Source: Thermoproteaceae archaeon
GTDB taxonomy: Archaea > Thermoproteota > Thermoprotei > Thermoproteales > Thermoproteaceae
DNA: 11,085 bases
NCBI GenBank assembly: GCA_020833025.1
Contig: JAJHRB010000051.1
Coordinates: 1-11,085, forward strand
Direction: 5' to 3'
Positions 1 through 7,306 of this stretch are shown piece after piece; positions within the stretch are counted from its first letter, which is position 1, and each line of letters opens with the position of its first letter. Position numbers and translations under genes: made by a program. The notes under the pieces were generated by a model. It did no database searches. It worked only from the letters and a program-made list of their open reading frames with translations, and was not told where the DNA came from.

Positions 1-2
1 GC

Positions 3-971
3 GTGCGCGCGTTATTTGCCATTGTGGCGCTGGCGGCGCTCGCGCTGGCGCAGTACGTCAGCTGGCACCCTCCCCACGCCTTTCTAGTGCAGGCCTACCC
101 GCTCAACGCGACTCACCTCGCCGCCTACGAGGGCGGCAGGGTGGTGTACATCGCTCAGCAGGGCATTGCCTTCAGCGGCTCGGGCGCCGAGGGGCAGGCA
201 GCGCTGCAGTACCTCAGCGCGCAGTGCAAGTACGTCGCCGTTGACGTGCTGAACGCCTCGGCAGTGGAGGGCGGCGAGCTGTGGCTCTCCGACGTCTACT
301 GCTCGGCGGACGGGAGGCAGTGGCTCTGGCTGAGGTGGCTGCCTCTCAGGTTTGCCGCCTACCGCGGCCGCGTCGAGTTCATCAACGCCACGAACGCCAC
401 TGTGAGCACGCCCGTGGGCCAGTTCGCCGGCTGCGTGCCCGCCGGCTGGTACCTCGACCCGGCCACGAAGGCCGTCTTCGCGCTGCCGCAATTCAACGCG
501 TCACTCCTCGCGGAGGTCCACAGGCTGAGCGCCGCCATTAGGGAGCTGAGGGCCCGGCTGCAGAGGAGCGAGTCTGAGGCCGGCCAGGCTGCCTCGCTCA
601 TCGCCCAGCTGAGGGCGCAGGTAAGCGCTCTCGAGGCCCAGCGGCTCTCGCTGGAGGAGGCCCTGAGGCAGAGAGAGTCCATGATGGCGGCCATGAGCGC
701 GAGCCTGCGCGCGCTAAGCGCGGAGAACGAGGCGCTGAGAGGGCAGGTTGAGAGGCTGAGGAGGGAGGCGGAGGAGCTCAGAGCCGCGCTGGCCGGGCTG
801 AACGCGACGTGCGCTTCCAGGGTCTCGCAGCTGGAGGCAGAGCTCCAGCTCGCCAAGGCGCAGGCCGCCGGGGAGCGGGGAGGCCCCGACGCGCTGCTGC
901 CGCTGCTGGCGGCGCTGGCCAGCATTGCCGTTGCGGCCGCCCTCTACAAGAGGAGAAGGGCGAGAGAGTAA
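3..971 (+). CDS. Cell-surface stalk protein (322 aa): signal peptide, globular head (possibly degenerate SNase-like), ~120-aa coiled coil, C-terminal transmembrane anchor with basic tail
   Basis: N-terminus MRALFAIVALAALALAQ is signal-peptide-like. A heptad-rich Leu/Ala/Glu/Arg segment spans about aa 165-287. The C-terminus is LLPLLAALASIAVAAALY-KRRRARE. Six N-x-S/T sequons and 4 Cys. The GTG start is at the window edge, so upstream context is not visible. Confidence 0.85.
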   Translation: MRALFAIVALAALALAQYVSWHPPHAFLVQAYPLNATHLAAYEGGRVVYIAQQGIAFSGSGAEGQAALQYLSAQCKYVAVDVLNASAVEGGELWLSDVYCSADGRQWLWLRWLPLRFAAYRGRVEFINATNATVSTPVGQFAGCVPAGWYLDPATKAVFALPQFNASLLAEVHRLSAAIRELRARLQRSESEAGQAASLIAQLRAQVSALEAQRLSLEEALRQRESMMAAMSASLRALSAENEALRGQVERLRREAEELRAALAGLNATCASRVSQLEAELQLAKAQAAGERGGPDALLPLLAALASIAVAAALYKRRRARE

Positions 972-972
972 C

Positions 973-985
973 TCACGGTTTTTCC
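973..985 (+). promoter_or_regulatory. Conserved upstream element copy 1 (TCACGGTTTTTCC), candidate non-canonical promoter
   Basis: T-run 979-983 ends 24 nt before ATG 1007. The spacer is C-rich with no Shine-Dalgarno. The same motif and spacing occur in the three other intergenic gaps. Confidence 0.6.
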
Positions 986-1006
986 CCTCCCCTCCCTCCT
1001 CTCTGC

Positions 1007-1453
1007 ATGGAGGACGTGGTGGCGGCCGTCGTTTTCATCGCGGCGCTCTCGGCGCTGCTTGCACTGGCCGCACTGACGCTCGAGCAGTACATGCCGGCGG
1101 GGGTCGTGGAGGCTCCAGTCGCGCCGGCCCACGACGCGCCCGCGAGGCGCATCTATGTCTACAACGACTCGGGAAGGCTTTACGCGGTGGAGTATGCCGG
1201 GAGCGACGCGGAGGCCTTCAGGAGGGCGGCCGGCGTGCCCGGATCCCTCGTTGCGGCCTTTGAGGTGTACCCAGGCGGGTACCGCTGCGCGAGGCGCGCG
1301 GGGGCTCCCGTCAGGATAGGCGACGACCCCTACACCGGCCTGTGGTGCCCGCCGCCGGTCGACGCAAATGCCGGCGCAGGCTGCGCGCCAATCGGGATTA
1401 CGTCGAGGGGCAGGTGGCTGCTGGTGCAGTACCGCTGCCCGGGCCTGCCGTGA
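1007..1453 (+). CDS. Small N-terminally anchored, pilin-like exported protein (148 aa)
   Basis: ATG 1007 is preferred over the ORF-track start at 809, which would overlap the previous gene by 163 nt. N-terminus MEDVVAAVVFIAALSALLALAAL is hydrophobic. Four Cys, one NDS sequon. The stop overlaps the next start (GTGA). Confidence 0.8.
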   Translation: MEDVVAAVVFIAALSALLALAALTLEQYMPAGVVEAPVAPAHDAPARRIYVYNDSGRLYAVEYAGSDAEAFRRAAGVPGSLVAAFEVYPGGYRCARRAGAPVRIGDDPYTGLWCPPPVDANAGAGCAPIGITSRGRWLLVQYRCPGLP

Positions 1454-2451
1454 TCTCCGTACGGGACTTGCTCATACTCGCGGGCCTCACGGCCCTCGCG
1501 GCTGCCGTGATAGCCTCGCTGCTTCCCGCCTACGAGGGCGTGTCAACCGTGCCGGCGTGCTCGGACTGCACCTTCAAGCTGACGGGCGAGTACAGAATCG
1601 TCCAGCACGGCAATTACGCATCTCTATACCTGGGCACGAGAGAGGTGGCGAGGTACGGCTGGGCTTATGCCGGGGGGAGGCCGATGAGAGAGGGCGAGGC
1701 AGTCGCGTGCAGCCCGATGTACGTCAGGGTGGTCGGCGGCCTTGCGTATGTGTCGTGCTCGGGCGCTCCCGCACCGCCGAACGGGACGGCGCCGCGGCTG
1801 CCCCTCAGGGCGTGCAGCCCGTACGCCTACGGCTGGGACGGCGCCTCTAACGCCACGCCCGCCAATTTGCCGCATCGCACGGTAACTCACGGCCCCGAGG
1901 CGTGGGTGTGGGTGGATGCCTCGGCCGGCAACCCGCGCCCCTCCTTAGTACTGCAGGTGGACGGCGCTGCAGGCGACGGCTTCGGCGTGGCCGCGCTGGC
2001 GGTGGGCGTGACCGGGCTAGGCATCAGCACAGGCGCGCGGATCTCAGTGGAGCACGCGTACGGCCGGGATTCGGGCGATGCCGAGAACAACGTAGCTTAC
2101 GTGCAGCTCAAGGTGAGAGCGCCGAACGGCTCCATCGCGTACCTGTATCTTGTCAGAGACGCGGGCGCCGGCATCACGCGCGTGTACAGCGTTGTCGACG
2201 GCGCCGCGCAGTATGTCTGCGACTACGTCATCGGCAGGGGCGCCGACAGCTGCCGGCCCGGCCATGTTGCCGTCAGGCTCGGTGCCCTCTCGGCGGCGTG
2301 GGCCGAGTTCTTCTCGGGCTCCGTGGAGCGGTACATAGGCAGGGGGAGTGTGGAGGCAATCGCGCTCGTGGCTGTCGATCGCGGCGGCTGTCCCGGCAGG
2401 GGCGACTGCGATTTCTGGATTCGCTGGGATAACTTGAGGGTAGACTGCTGA
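1450..2451 (+). CDS. N-terminally anchored exported protein (333 aa): pilin-like N-domain plus C-terminal beta-rich (lectin/CBM-like) domain; candidate adhesin or minor pilin
   Basis: GTG 1450 overlaps the TGA of the previous gene and gives MISVRDLLILAGLTALAAAVIASLL. Ten Cys and 3 sequons. A Pro-rich linker (GAPAPPNGTAPRLP) precedes alternating beta-strand patterns ending FWIRWDNLRVDC. The lectin-like fold is an inference. Confidence 0.8.
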   Translation: MISVRDLLILAGLTALAAAVIASLLPAYEGVSTVPACSDCTFKLTGEYRIVQHGNYASLYLGTREVARYGWAYAGGRPMREGEAVACSPMYVRVVGGLAYVSCSGAPAPPNGTAPRLPLRACSPYAYGWDGASNATPANLPHRTVTHGPEAWVWVDASAGNPRPSLVLQVDGAAGDGFGVAALAVGVTGLGISTGARISVEHAYGRDSGDAENNVAYVQLKVRAPNGSIAYLYLVRDAGAGITRVYSVVDGAAQYVCDYVIGRGADSCRPGHVAVRLGALSAAWAEFFSGSVERYIGRGSVEAIALVAVDRGGCPGRGDCDFWIRWDNLRVDC

Positions 2452-2453
2452 TC

Positions 2454-3095
2454 ATGTGGTCCGCGGCGTACGGCCTGATTGCAGTGGCCGTAGTTGCCTT
2501 CGTGGTTCTCTACGCAGCGGCCCACGCGCCGAGTCTCGCGCCGGCTAACGCCGCGGATGGGGTGTACCGCGCCAAGCTGCAGATAAAGCAGAGCCTGCCA
2601 GGCCTGCCGCGCGTCGAGAGGCCGGAGGACCTCGCGGATAACACGATATACGTCGCGAGGACCTTGCTTAGCGCCGGCAATGCCAGCTTTCCTGTCCACG
2701 TCCCTCTTGCATATGTGCTGGGCGGCGGCTACAGGATTGCCGCGTCCGTGCTAGAGTGCAAGGACTGGATTCTGCCGAGCGGGGAGCCCGCCGCTCTGTA
2801 CAGAATCGCGCTCTACCACCACGTGATCATGCCGTGGCTTGAAGTGCACGCCGCGATTCCGGCGAACGAGACGGACTTCTACATCAAGCTGTACGAGGCA
2901 TACCGCAAAAGCGGCAGGCCTCCCCTGCTCGGGTTCGACCGGGCCGGCTCCGGGCTCGTGCGCGTGAGGGCCGAGCACGCCCTGATCTACAACGCATCCT
3001 CGGGTCTCTACACGCTTTATGTAATCGCGCCGAGAAGGGCCGTGTACATCGTCATCGTCGACTACCCGCTGGAGCTGCCCCTGTCTTGCCCGTAA
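2454..3095 (+). CDS. N-terminally anchored exported protein (213 aa), unknown function
   Basis: ATG lies 2 nt after the previous stop. Hydrophobic helix LIAVAVVAFVVLYAAA, 2 Cys (one penultimate) and 3 sequons (NAS, NET, NAS). Confidence 0.85.
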   Translation: MWSAAYGLIAVAVVAFVVLYAAAHAPSLAPANAADGVYRAKLQIKQSLPGLPRVERPEDLADNTIYVARTLLSAGNASFPVHVPLAYVLGGGYRIAASVLECKDWILPSGEPAALYRIALYHHVIMPWLEVHAAIPANETDFYIKLYEAYRKSGRPPLLGFDRAGSGLVRVRAEHALIYNASSGLYTLYVIAPRRAVYIVIVDYPLELPLSCP

Positions 3096-3098
3096 GCC

Positions 3099-3111
3099 TC
3101 AGGAGTTTTCC
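3099..3111 (+). promoter_or_regulatory. Conserved upstream element copy 2 (TCAGGAGTTTTCC)
   Basis: T-run 3106-3109 ends 23 nt before GTG 3132. Confidence 0.6.
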
Positions 3112-3116
3112 TCCCC

Positions 3117-3132
3117 CGGCGGCCGGCCGCCG
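3117..3132. repeat. Perfect 16-bp all-GC palindrome CGGCGGCCGGCCGCCG abutting the start codon of the 1011-aa gene
   Basis: Read directly; it equals its own reverse complement, and the last G is the first base of GTG 3132. Function unknown. Confidence 0.7.
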
Positions 3133-6100
3133 TGCGCCTCGCGCTGCTCGCCCTCGTGACGCTTGCCGCCGGACTCTATGCAGCGAGCAACTGCAGTTAC
3201 CTCGGCTCCCTTGAGGTGGAAAGAACTGCCGTCGCGCGCGTTACGTTCTCATTCCACGCGCTCGCGCCGCTGGGCACCGGACGCGAGGTCGTAGTGGTGG
3301 CTGAGAATAGCGTTAGGAGTGCCGTCGTGTGGGGCATGGAGTTTCGCAATGCGAGCAGACTAGCCCTAGCCGCCGTGGCGGCTGACGCCAAGTGGGAGGG
3401 AGATCTCAACTACTCGATAACGCTGAATTACTACAGGCCGCGCGAGAGGTGGAGAGTCGGCAGGTACGCGTGCTACGTGAACGGGTCCTTCGCCGGCTAC
3501 TTTTACGTCGTCGAGGCAGAGCCGCCGAGGGAGACCAGAGCAGTCGCCTTCACTGTCGCGAGAGACCGCGCGTCGCATTATGCCAGCGTGACCTTCGAGG
3601 CATCGCTGCCGCCGGATCTCGCGCCCCTGTGCTACAGCCTCTCTGCCAGCGATAGCGGCATCTCGTGCGTGAAGTACGATGGCGCGAATTACATCGAGGG
3701 GGCCTCCTCGCCAGGCGTGTGGAGGGCCGTCGAGGTGAACGGGAGGAGGCCTGGCGGTGCCGTCTCGACAGGCACCGTCACTGCAGCAATTCCCGACCCA
3801 TGGCTCTACACGGACTGCTGCAGCGATCTCGGCGCTGGGACCGCGCTGCTGTCGACGGATCTCTCCAGCGCCGAGCACATGGGCAGCGCCCGCCGCAAGC
3901 CGTTCCTTACGAGAGTCGAGGTCTCGGTGGTCGCGCTGCCAGCGCGGTGGGGCGCCGTGGAGCTCAGGCCTCCGAGGCCTGTGCCTCTGTACGCGTCGCG
4001 CGTGCTCCAGAGGCCCGGCCTCCCGTACTGGAGCCCCCCGGAGTCCTTCAGGGTGAGCGAGGCGGGCAACGCCACGTGGATAGGCAGGGGGTGGAGGTGG
4101 GAGTGGACTCTGGCGTCGGTAGCCGTGAGGACCGGAATCGTGCTCGTGCCGTACGTCGCAGTTGACGCAGGCGGCGTCAGGGCAGTATCGCGGAATGTGA
4201 CGCTGCTGGTGCCGCTGGGCTCCGCCAGCGTCTACAGGGTGGCAGTCGTCTGGCACGCCCCGGCGCTTGGCGTGTGGGTCGGCTCGTACCCCGCGACATA
4301 TCTACGCGCCGTTGATGACCGCGGCAGCGTGCTCGCGCCGCATTACGAGGAGGCGGGGTCTCGGAGGAAGCTGGCGTACGCGGCCGCGAAGCGCGACGGC
4401 GGCATCAAATGGGCCGAGTTCGCAGCGGCAGTTGACGGAACCTTTGCGAGCGCCGTCACGGCCTGGTACGCGCCGCCGGACCCGTGCGCGCAGTGGCCGA
4501 GGCAGCTTTACGTCTGCAGACGCGCGCAGCACGTCTTCACGAAGGTAAACGGCACCTGGACGGGGTACTCAAAAGTCGGCAGGCCGGGAGCCCAGTGGCC
4601 CTGGAGAGTGCTCGCGCTAGTTGACTGGCTGGTTCCCGGCACGCCGGTGAGATGCGGCGCGGACAGCTTCAAGGACTTCGTGCATCTCGTCGCGGGGGAT
4701 CCGGTCCTTCACTACAACTACACCTACGCGCTGAGGAGCTGGCGCTTCAACCCCTCTACCGGCGACTGGGACATTCCAGACGTCTGCGTCCACCCGGCGC
4801 CGCAGGAGGTCTCGTTGCTCTACGCCGTCTACGGGACCCCGGACTACAGAAACACCACCTACGCGCGCGAGCTCTACTTCCAGTCAGCCGAGAGAGGGCC
4901 CTGGTTCTACAACTACGGCTTTCTTGACGCGAATGACAATACGCTCTGGCCGGCCGGCTGGACCGACGCGCTGCCCCTCGGCGTGGCCTCCATGGCCTCC
5001 GACTCTGCGGGCCCGTGGGCCGTGGCGCTGGTGCCCACCACGGCGTGCGAGTCGCTCATCTGCACGAGGCTCAGCGCAACGCTCTGGGGCCCCTCCCCTC
5101 CCGCCGCTCCCGACATTGCGCTTCCTGGCGCTGGCTACTCTCTCCTTATCGTTTACCTCGGCGACACGGCGAGAGAGATCACGCTGAGAGTGCGCGTGGA
5201 GATGGGGTACGTCGTCGAGAGCGTGTACGGCAGGGTCGAGCACAGACGGGTCGGGGACCGCGCACTCGTGGAGATATCGCGCGAGTGGCGCACGCTCGAC
5301 GCCGTGTACGCCGGGCCTGGGTGGCACGTCGACTACCGCCCGCTCCCCCCGTGCGGGCGCCTCGAGCTCGGCGAGAGGGCGGTGTACGTGACGCCTGACG
5401 ACTGGGAGGGGCCCGTCATGGTGACGCTGGAGGAGGTCGAGAGGAGCGCGTCTGGCGAGAGGGAGTTCGTCGTGGCGCGCTACCGCTTCGTCTTCTTTGT
5501 CTCTAGCGACGTGTCATACAGAATCGTGACGGACACCCCGGCGCCCGAGCGCCTCTCGACACCCTCCCTCAACATCACGGCACTGCTGTACGTGGGCGGC
5601 GTGCCGTACTTCCACGGGATCAATGCGTTCGGCGAGGGCGGGAGGCAGGTGCAGTTTGCATGCGTGCCAGCCGTAATGCTGGCCGCCCCGCTCCCGGCGC
5701 TGTCGGCCGCCCCCATCGCGGATCAAACATCGCAGCTCGCAGCGGCGGGGGACTTCTGGGGCGTTATCGAGCTGCTCGGCAGGCTCAGAGTTGAGAGCGC
5801 CTTCGTCAGGCCGCGCTTCGAGCTCCTGGACGCGCAGCGGGGTCTCGTCAGGGTCACGGCAGAAGGCCCAGTGCGCGGCTTTGCATTCTACCTACTGAGA
5901 GACGGGATGTGGGTCAAGGTCGCGGAGGCAGCCGGCAAGTGCGCGCTGGTGAACGCCTCGCGCGTACTTCCGTGGGACCCCCTTCTCGTGCTCCCGCTCG
6001 TTAGGCAGGAGGCGGCTGCCAGGCCCGGAGAGGCTGTCGTGCTGTGGCGCCCGGCGCCCACCTTGCTCTTCAAGGCGTGGGCCGACGCGGCCGGGTACCC

Positions 6101-6167
6101 GGGAGGCGCCGGCAGCGTCCTGAGGGACACCCGGGACGTCCAGGTACCTCGTGAGTGCTCGCGCTAG
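3132..6167 (+). CDS. Large secreted, probably N-glycosylated and disulfide-bonded beta-rich surface protein (1011 aa)
   Basis: Signal peptide MRLALLALVTLAAGLYAA. About 11 N-x-S/T sequons and 16 Cys. Trp/Tyr/Val-rich strand patterns, no clear C-terminal TM anchor, and no recognisable catalytic motif. Confidence 0.9.
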   Translation: MRLALLALVTLAAGLYAASNCSYLGSLEVERTAVARVTFSFHALAPLGTGREVVVVAENSVRSAVVWGMEFRNASRLALAAVAADAKWEGDLNYSITLNYYRPRERWRVGRYACYVNGSFAGYFYVVEAEPPRETRAVAFTVARDRASHYASVTFEASLPPDLAPLCYSLSASDSGISCVKYDGANYIEGASSPGVWRAVEVNGRRPGGAVSTGTVTAAIPDPWLYTDCCSDLGAGTALLSTDLSSAEHMGSARRKPFLTRVEVSVVALPARWGAVELRPPRPVPLYASRVLQRPGLPYWSPPESFRVSEAGNATWIGRGWRWEWTLASVAVRTGIVLVPYVAVDAGGVRAVSRNVTLLVPLGSASVYRVAVVWHAPALGVWVGSYPATYLRAVDDRGSVLAPHYEEAGSRRKLAYAAAKRDGGIKWAEFAAAVDGTFASAVTAWYAPPDPCAQWPRQLYVCRRAQHVFTKVNGTWTGYSKVGRPGAQWPWRVLALVDWLVPGTPVRCGADSFKDFVHLVAGDPVLHYNYTYALRSWRFNPSTGDWDIPDVCVHPAPQEVSLLYAVYGTPDYRNTTYARELYFQSAERGPWFYNYGFLDANDNTLWPAGWTDALPLGVASMASDSAGPWAVALVPTTACESLICTRLSATLWGPSPPAAPDIALPGAGYSLLIVYLGDTAREITLRVRVEMGYVVESVYGRVEHRRVGDRALVEISREWRTLDAVYAGPGWHVDYRPLPPCGRLELGERAVYVTPDDWEGPVMVTLEEVERSASGEREFVVARYRFVFFVSSDVSYRIVTDTPAPERLSTPSLNITALLYVGGVPYFHGINAFGEGGRQVQFACVPAVMLAAPLPALSAAPIADQTSQLAAAGDFWGVIELLGRLRVESAFVRPRFELLDAQRGLVRVTAEGPVRGFAFYLLRDGMWVKVAEAAGKCALVNASRVLPWDPLLVLPLVRQEAAARPGEAVVLWRPAPTLLFKAWADAAGYPGGAGSVLRDTRDVQVPRECSR

Positions 6168-6170
6168 GCC

Positions 6171-6659
6171 GTGTTAACGCTCCGGCACCTCCTAATCCTG
6201 GCAGCTGCTGTTGCCGCGACGGCAGCTGCCGCGGCGGCGATCCTGACAGCGCTACAAGGCGCGAGCCCTGCCGTGAGAGTCGTCGCGGCGTCTATCTTGG
6301 CAGAAAAGCCCGCCAGGGCGGACGCCCCCCTTGCCGTGAGGCAGTATCTTGCATACTACCGGCACGAGGGCAGGTGGGTCCTTGCGGAAGGGCCTGCCGG
6401 GGTGCCCGTGTACGCGCTGGGGCTTGGTGTCTGTCCCGGCGACATACGCCCGCTGCTGAACAGGGCCTACACGAGACAGAGCGCCATAATTCACCTAGCA
6501 GGGTGCTCTCTCGTCATGCCGCGGGCCGAGGACGGCGTGATTGTGCACTACGTCGCCACGTGCACTCTCGGGAGCGACTTCAGGCCGGAGCCGGCTGAGC
6601 TGGAATTGATCTACCAGGGCCGCCCGGTGAGGGTCAGGGTCGTGCTAGTGAACTGCTAG
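6171..6659 (+). CDS. Small N-terminally anchored, pilin-like exported protein (162 aa)
   Basis: GTG lies 3 nt after the previous stop, and an in-frame TAG just upstream fixes the start. N-terminus MLTLRHLLILAAAVAATAAAAAAIL. Four Cys, including the last residue. Confidence 0.85.
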   Translation: MLTLRHLLILAAAVAATAAAAAAILTALQGASPAVRVVAASILAEKPARADAPLAVRQYLAYYRHEGRWVLAEGPAGVPVYALGLGVCPGDIRPLLNRAYTRQSAIIHLAGCSLVMPRAEDGVIVHYVATCTLGSDFRPEPAELELIYQGRPVRVRVVLVNC

Positions 6660-6677
6660 CCCTGCAACCGCAGGCCA

Positions 6678-6690
6678 CTAGCACTTTTCC
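6678..6690 (+). promoter_or_regulatory. Conserved upstream element copy 3 (CTAGCACTTTTCC)
   Basis: T-run 6685-6688 ends 23 nt before ATG 6711. The 5' half diverges from the other three copies. Confidence 0.55.
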
Positions 6691-6710
6691 CGCCTCCTCC
6701 CACCTCCCTT

Positions 6711-6986
6711 ATGCGTGTTGAGCTGGCGCTAATTCCTGTAATACTCGCCCTCGCGGCCGCCGCCCTGACGTTCATGAAGCCGCTGGACGTGCGCAGTACA
6801 GACCTCTCGGCGCTGTTCCTCTACTGGCCGGAGGCGTATGCCTACGCGGAGAGGGGCGATCCCGCCGCGGTGTACAGAATTACTGGGCTCGTTGTCTGCG
6901 CCAATGCCAACGCCTCGGATGCGATAGACGCGCCGCCCGGCATTGCATTCAAGGCGCTGAATATCTACTGCCGCTTCAGGCCGTGA
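6711..6986 (+). CDS. Small N-terminally anchored, pilin-like protein (91 aa)
   Basis: MRVELALIPVILALAAAALTF: Glu4 followed by a hydrophobic helix. Two Cys, one NAS sequon. GTGA overlap with the next gene. Confidence 0.8.
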   Translation: MRVELALIPVILALAAAALTFMKPLDVRSTDLSALFLYWPEAYAYAERGDPAAVYRITGLVVCANANASDAIDAPPGIAFKALNIYCRFRP

Positions 6987-7282
6987 TAGAGGAGTACTTA
7001 GACGTGGTGGCGGTGACGGTGATGGCGGCAGCCGTCCTCGCGGCCCTCTCCGGGCTGGCACACGCCCCGACGCCCGCGGTGTGCAAGGCCGCCGAGATTG
7101 CACTCCAGAGCCCCGGCTCGGAGCTCGTTGTGTACGGCAAGTTCAGCGTGCATTACAACGGGCGCTACGTGTACCTCTCGTGCGGGCTCGCCGTGCCACG
7201 CGAGAGAGTCCTGGCAGTGGAGAGGACTGAGGGCTTGCTGAGAGTCGGGAGCACGCCCGACGGCAGGCTTTACGTGCGCTGA
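6983..7282 (+). CDS. Small N-terminally anchored, pilin-like protein (99 aa)
   Basis: The GTG overlaps the previous TGA. MIEEYLDVVAVTVMAAAVLAALSGL is followed by a short beta-rich domain with 2 Cys. Confidence 0.8.
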   Translation: MIEEYLDVVAVTVMAAAVLAALSGLAHAPTPAVCKAAEIALQSPGSELVVYGKFSVHYNGRYVYLSCGLAVPRERVLAVERTEGLLRVGSTPDGRLYVR

Positions 7283-7306
7283 AAAACAGAATCCCCCTCG
7301 GGGCCG

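Noticed and set aside
809-1006. ORF-track N-terminal extensions (809, 1342 and 8172 starts), including an HG^FS pilin-cleavage-like string upstream of ATG 1007
   Set aside because: The extensions overlap upstream genes heavily and read as off-frame sequence. No start codon lies near the HG^FS string. The shorter starts fit the motif spacing or RTGA coupling.
1654-1837. Short direct repeats in the 333-aa gene (GCGTGCAGCCCG at 1705 and 1810; TACGGCTGGG at 1654 and 1828)
   Set aside because: They are only 10-12 bp, in permuted order, and expected at this GC content. They do not support an internal duplication or an array.
2454-6986. Four consecutive genes share one reading frame, separated only by single stops (TAA 3093, TAG 6165, TAG 6657), suggesting readthrough fusions
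   Set aside because: Chance is about 1 in 27. Each downstream gene has its own signal or anchor helix, two have their own upstream motif, and amber recoding is not expected in this lineage.
6661-7303. Small hairpins after stops (CCTGC-AACC-GCAGG 6661-6674; CCCC-CTC-GGGG 7293-7303) as terminators
   Set aside because: The stems are only 4-5 bp, they are absent from the other two gaps, and archaeal termination does not need hairpins. A dual terminator role for the T-runs is not excluded.
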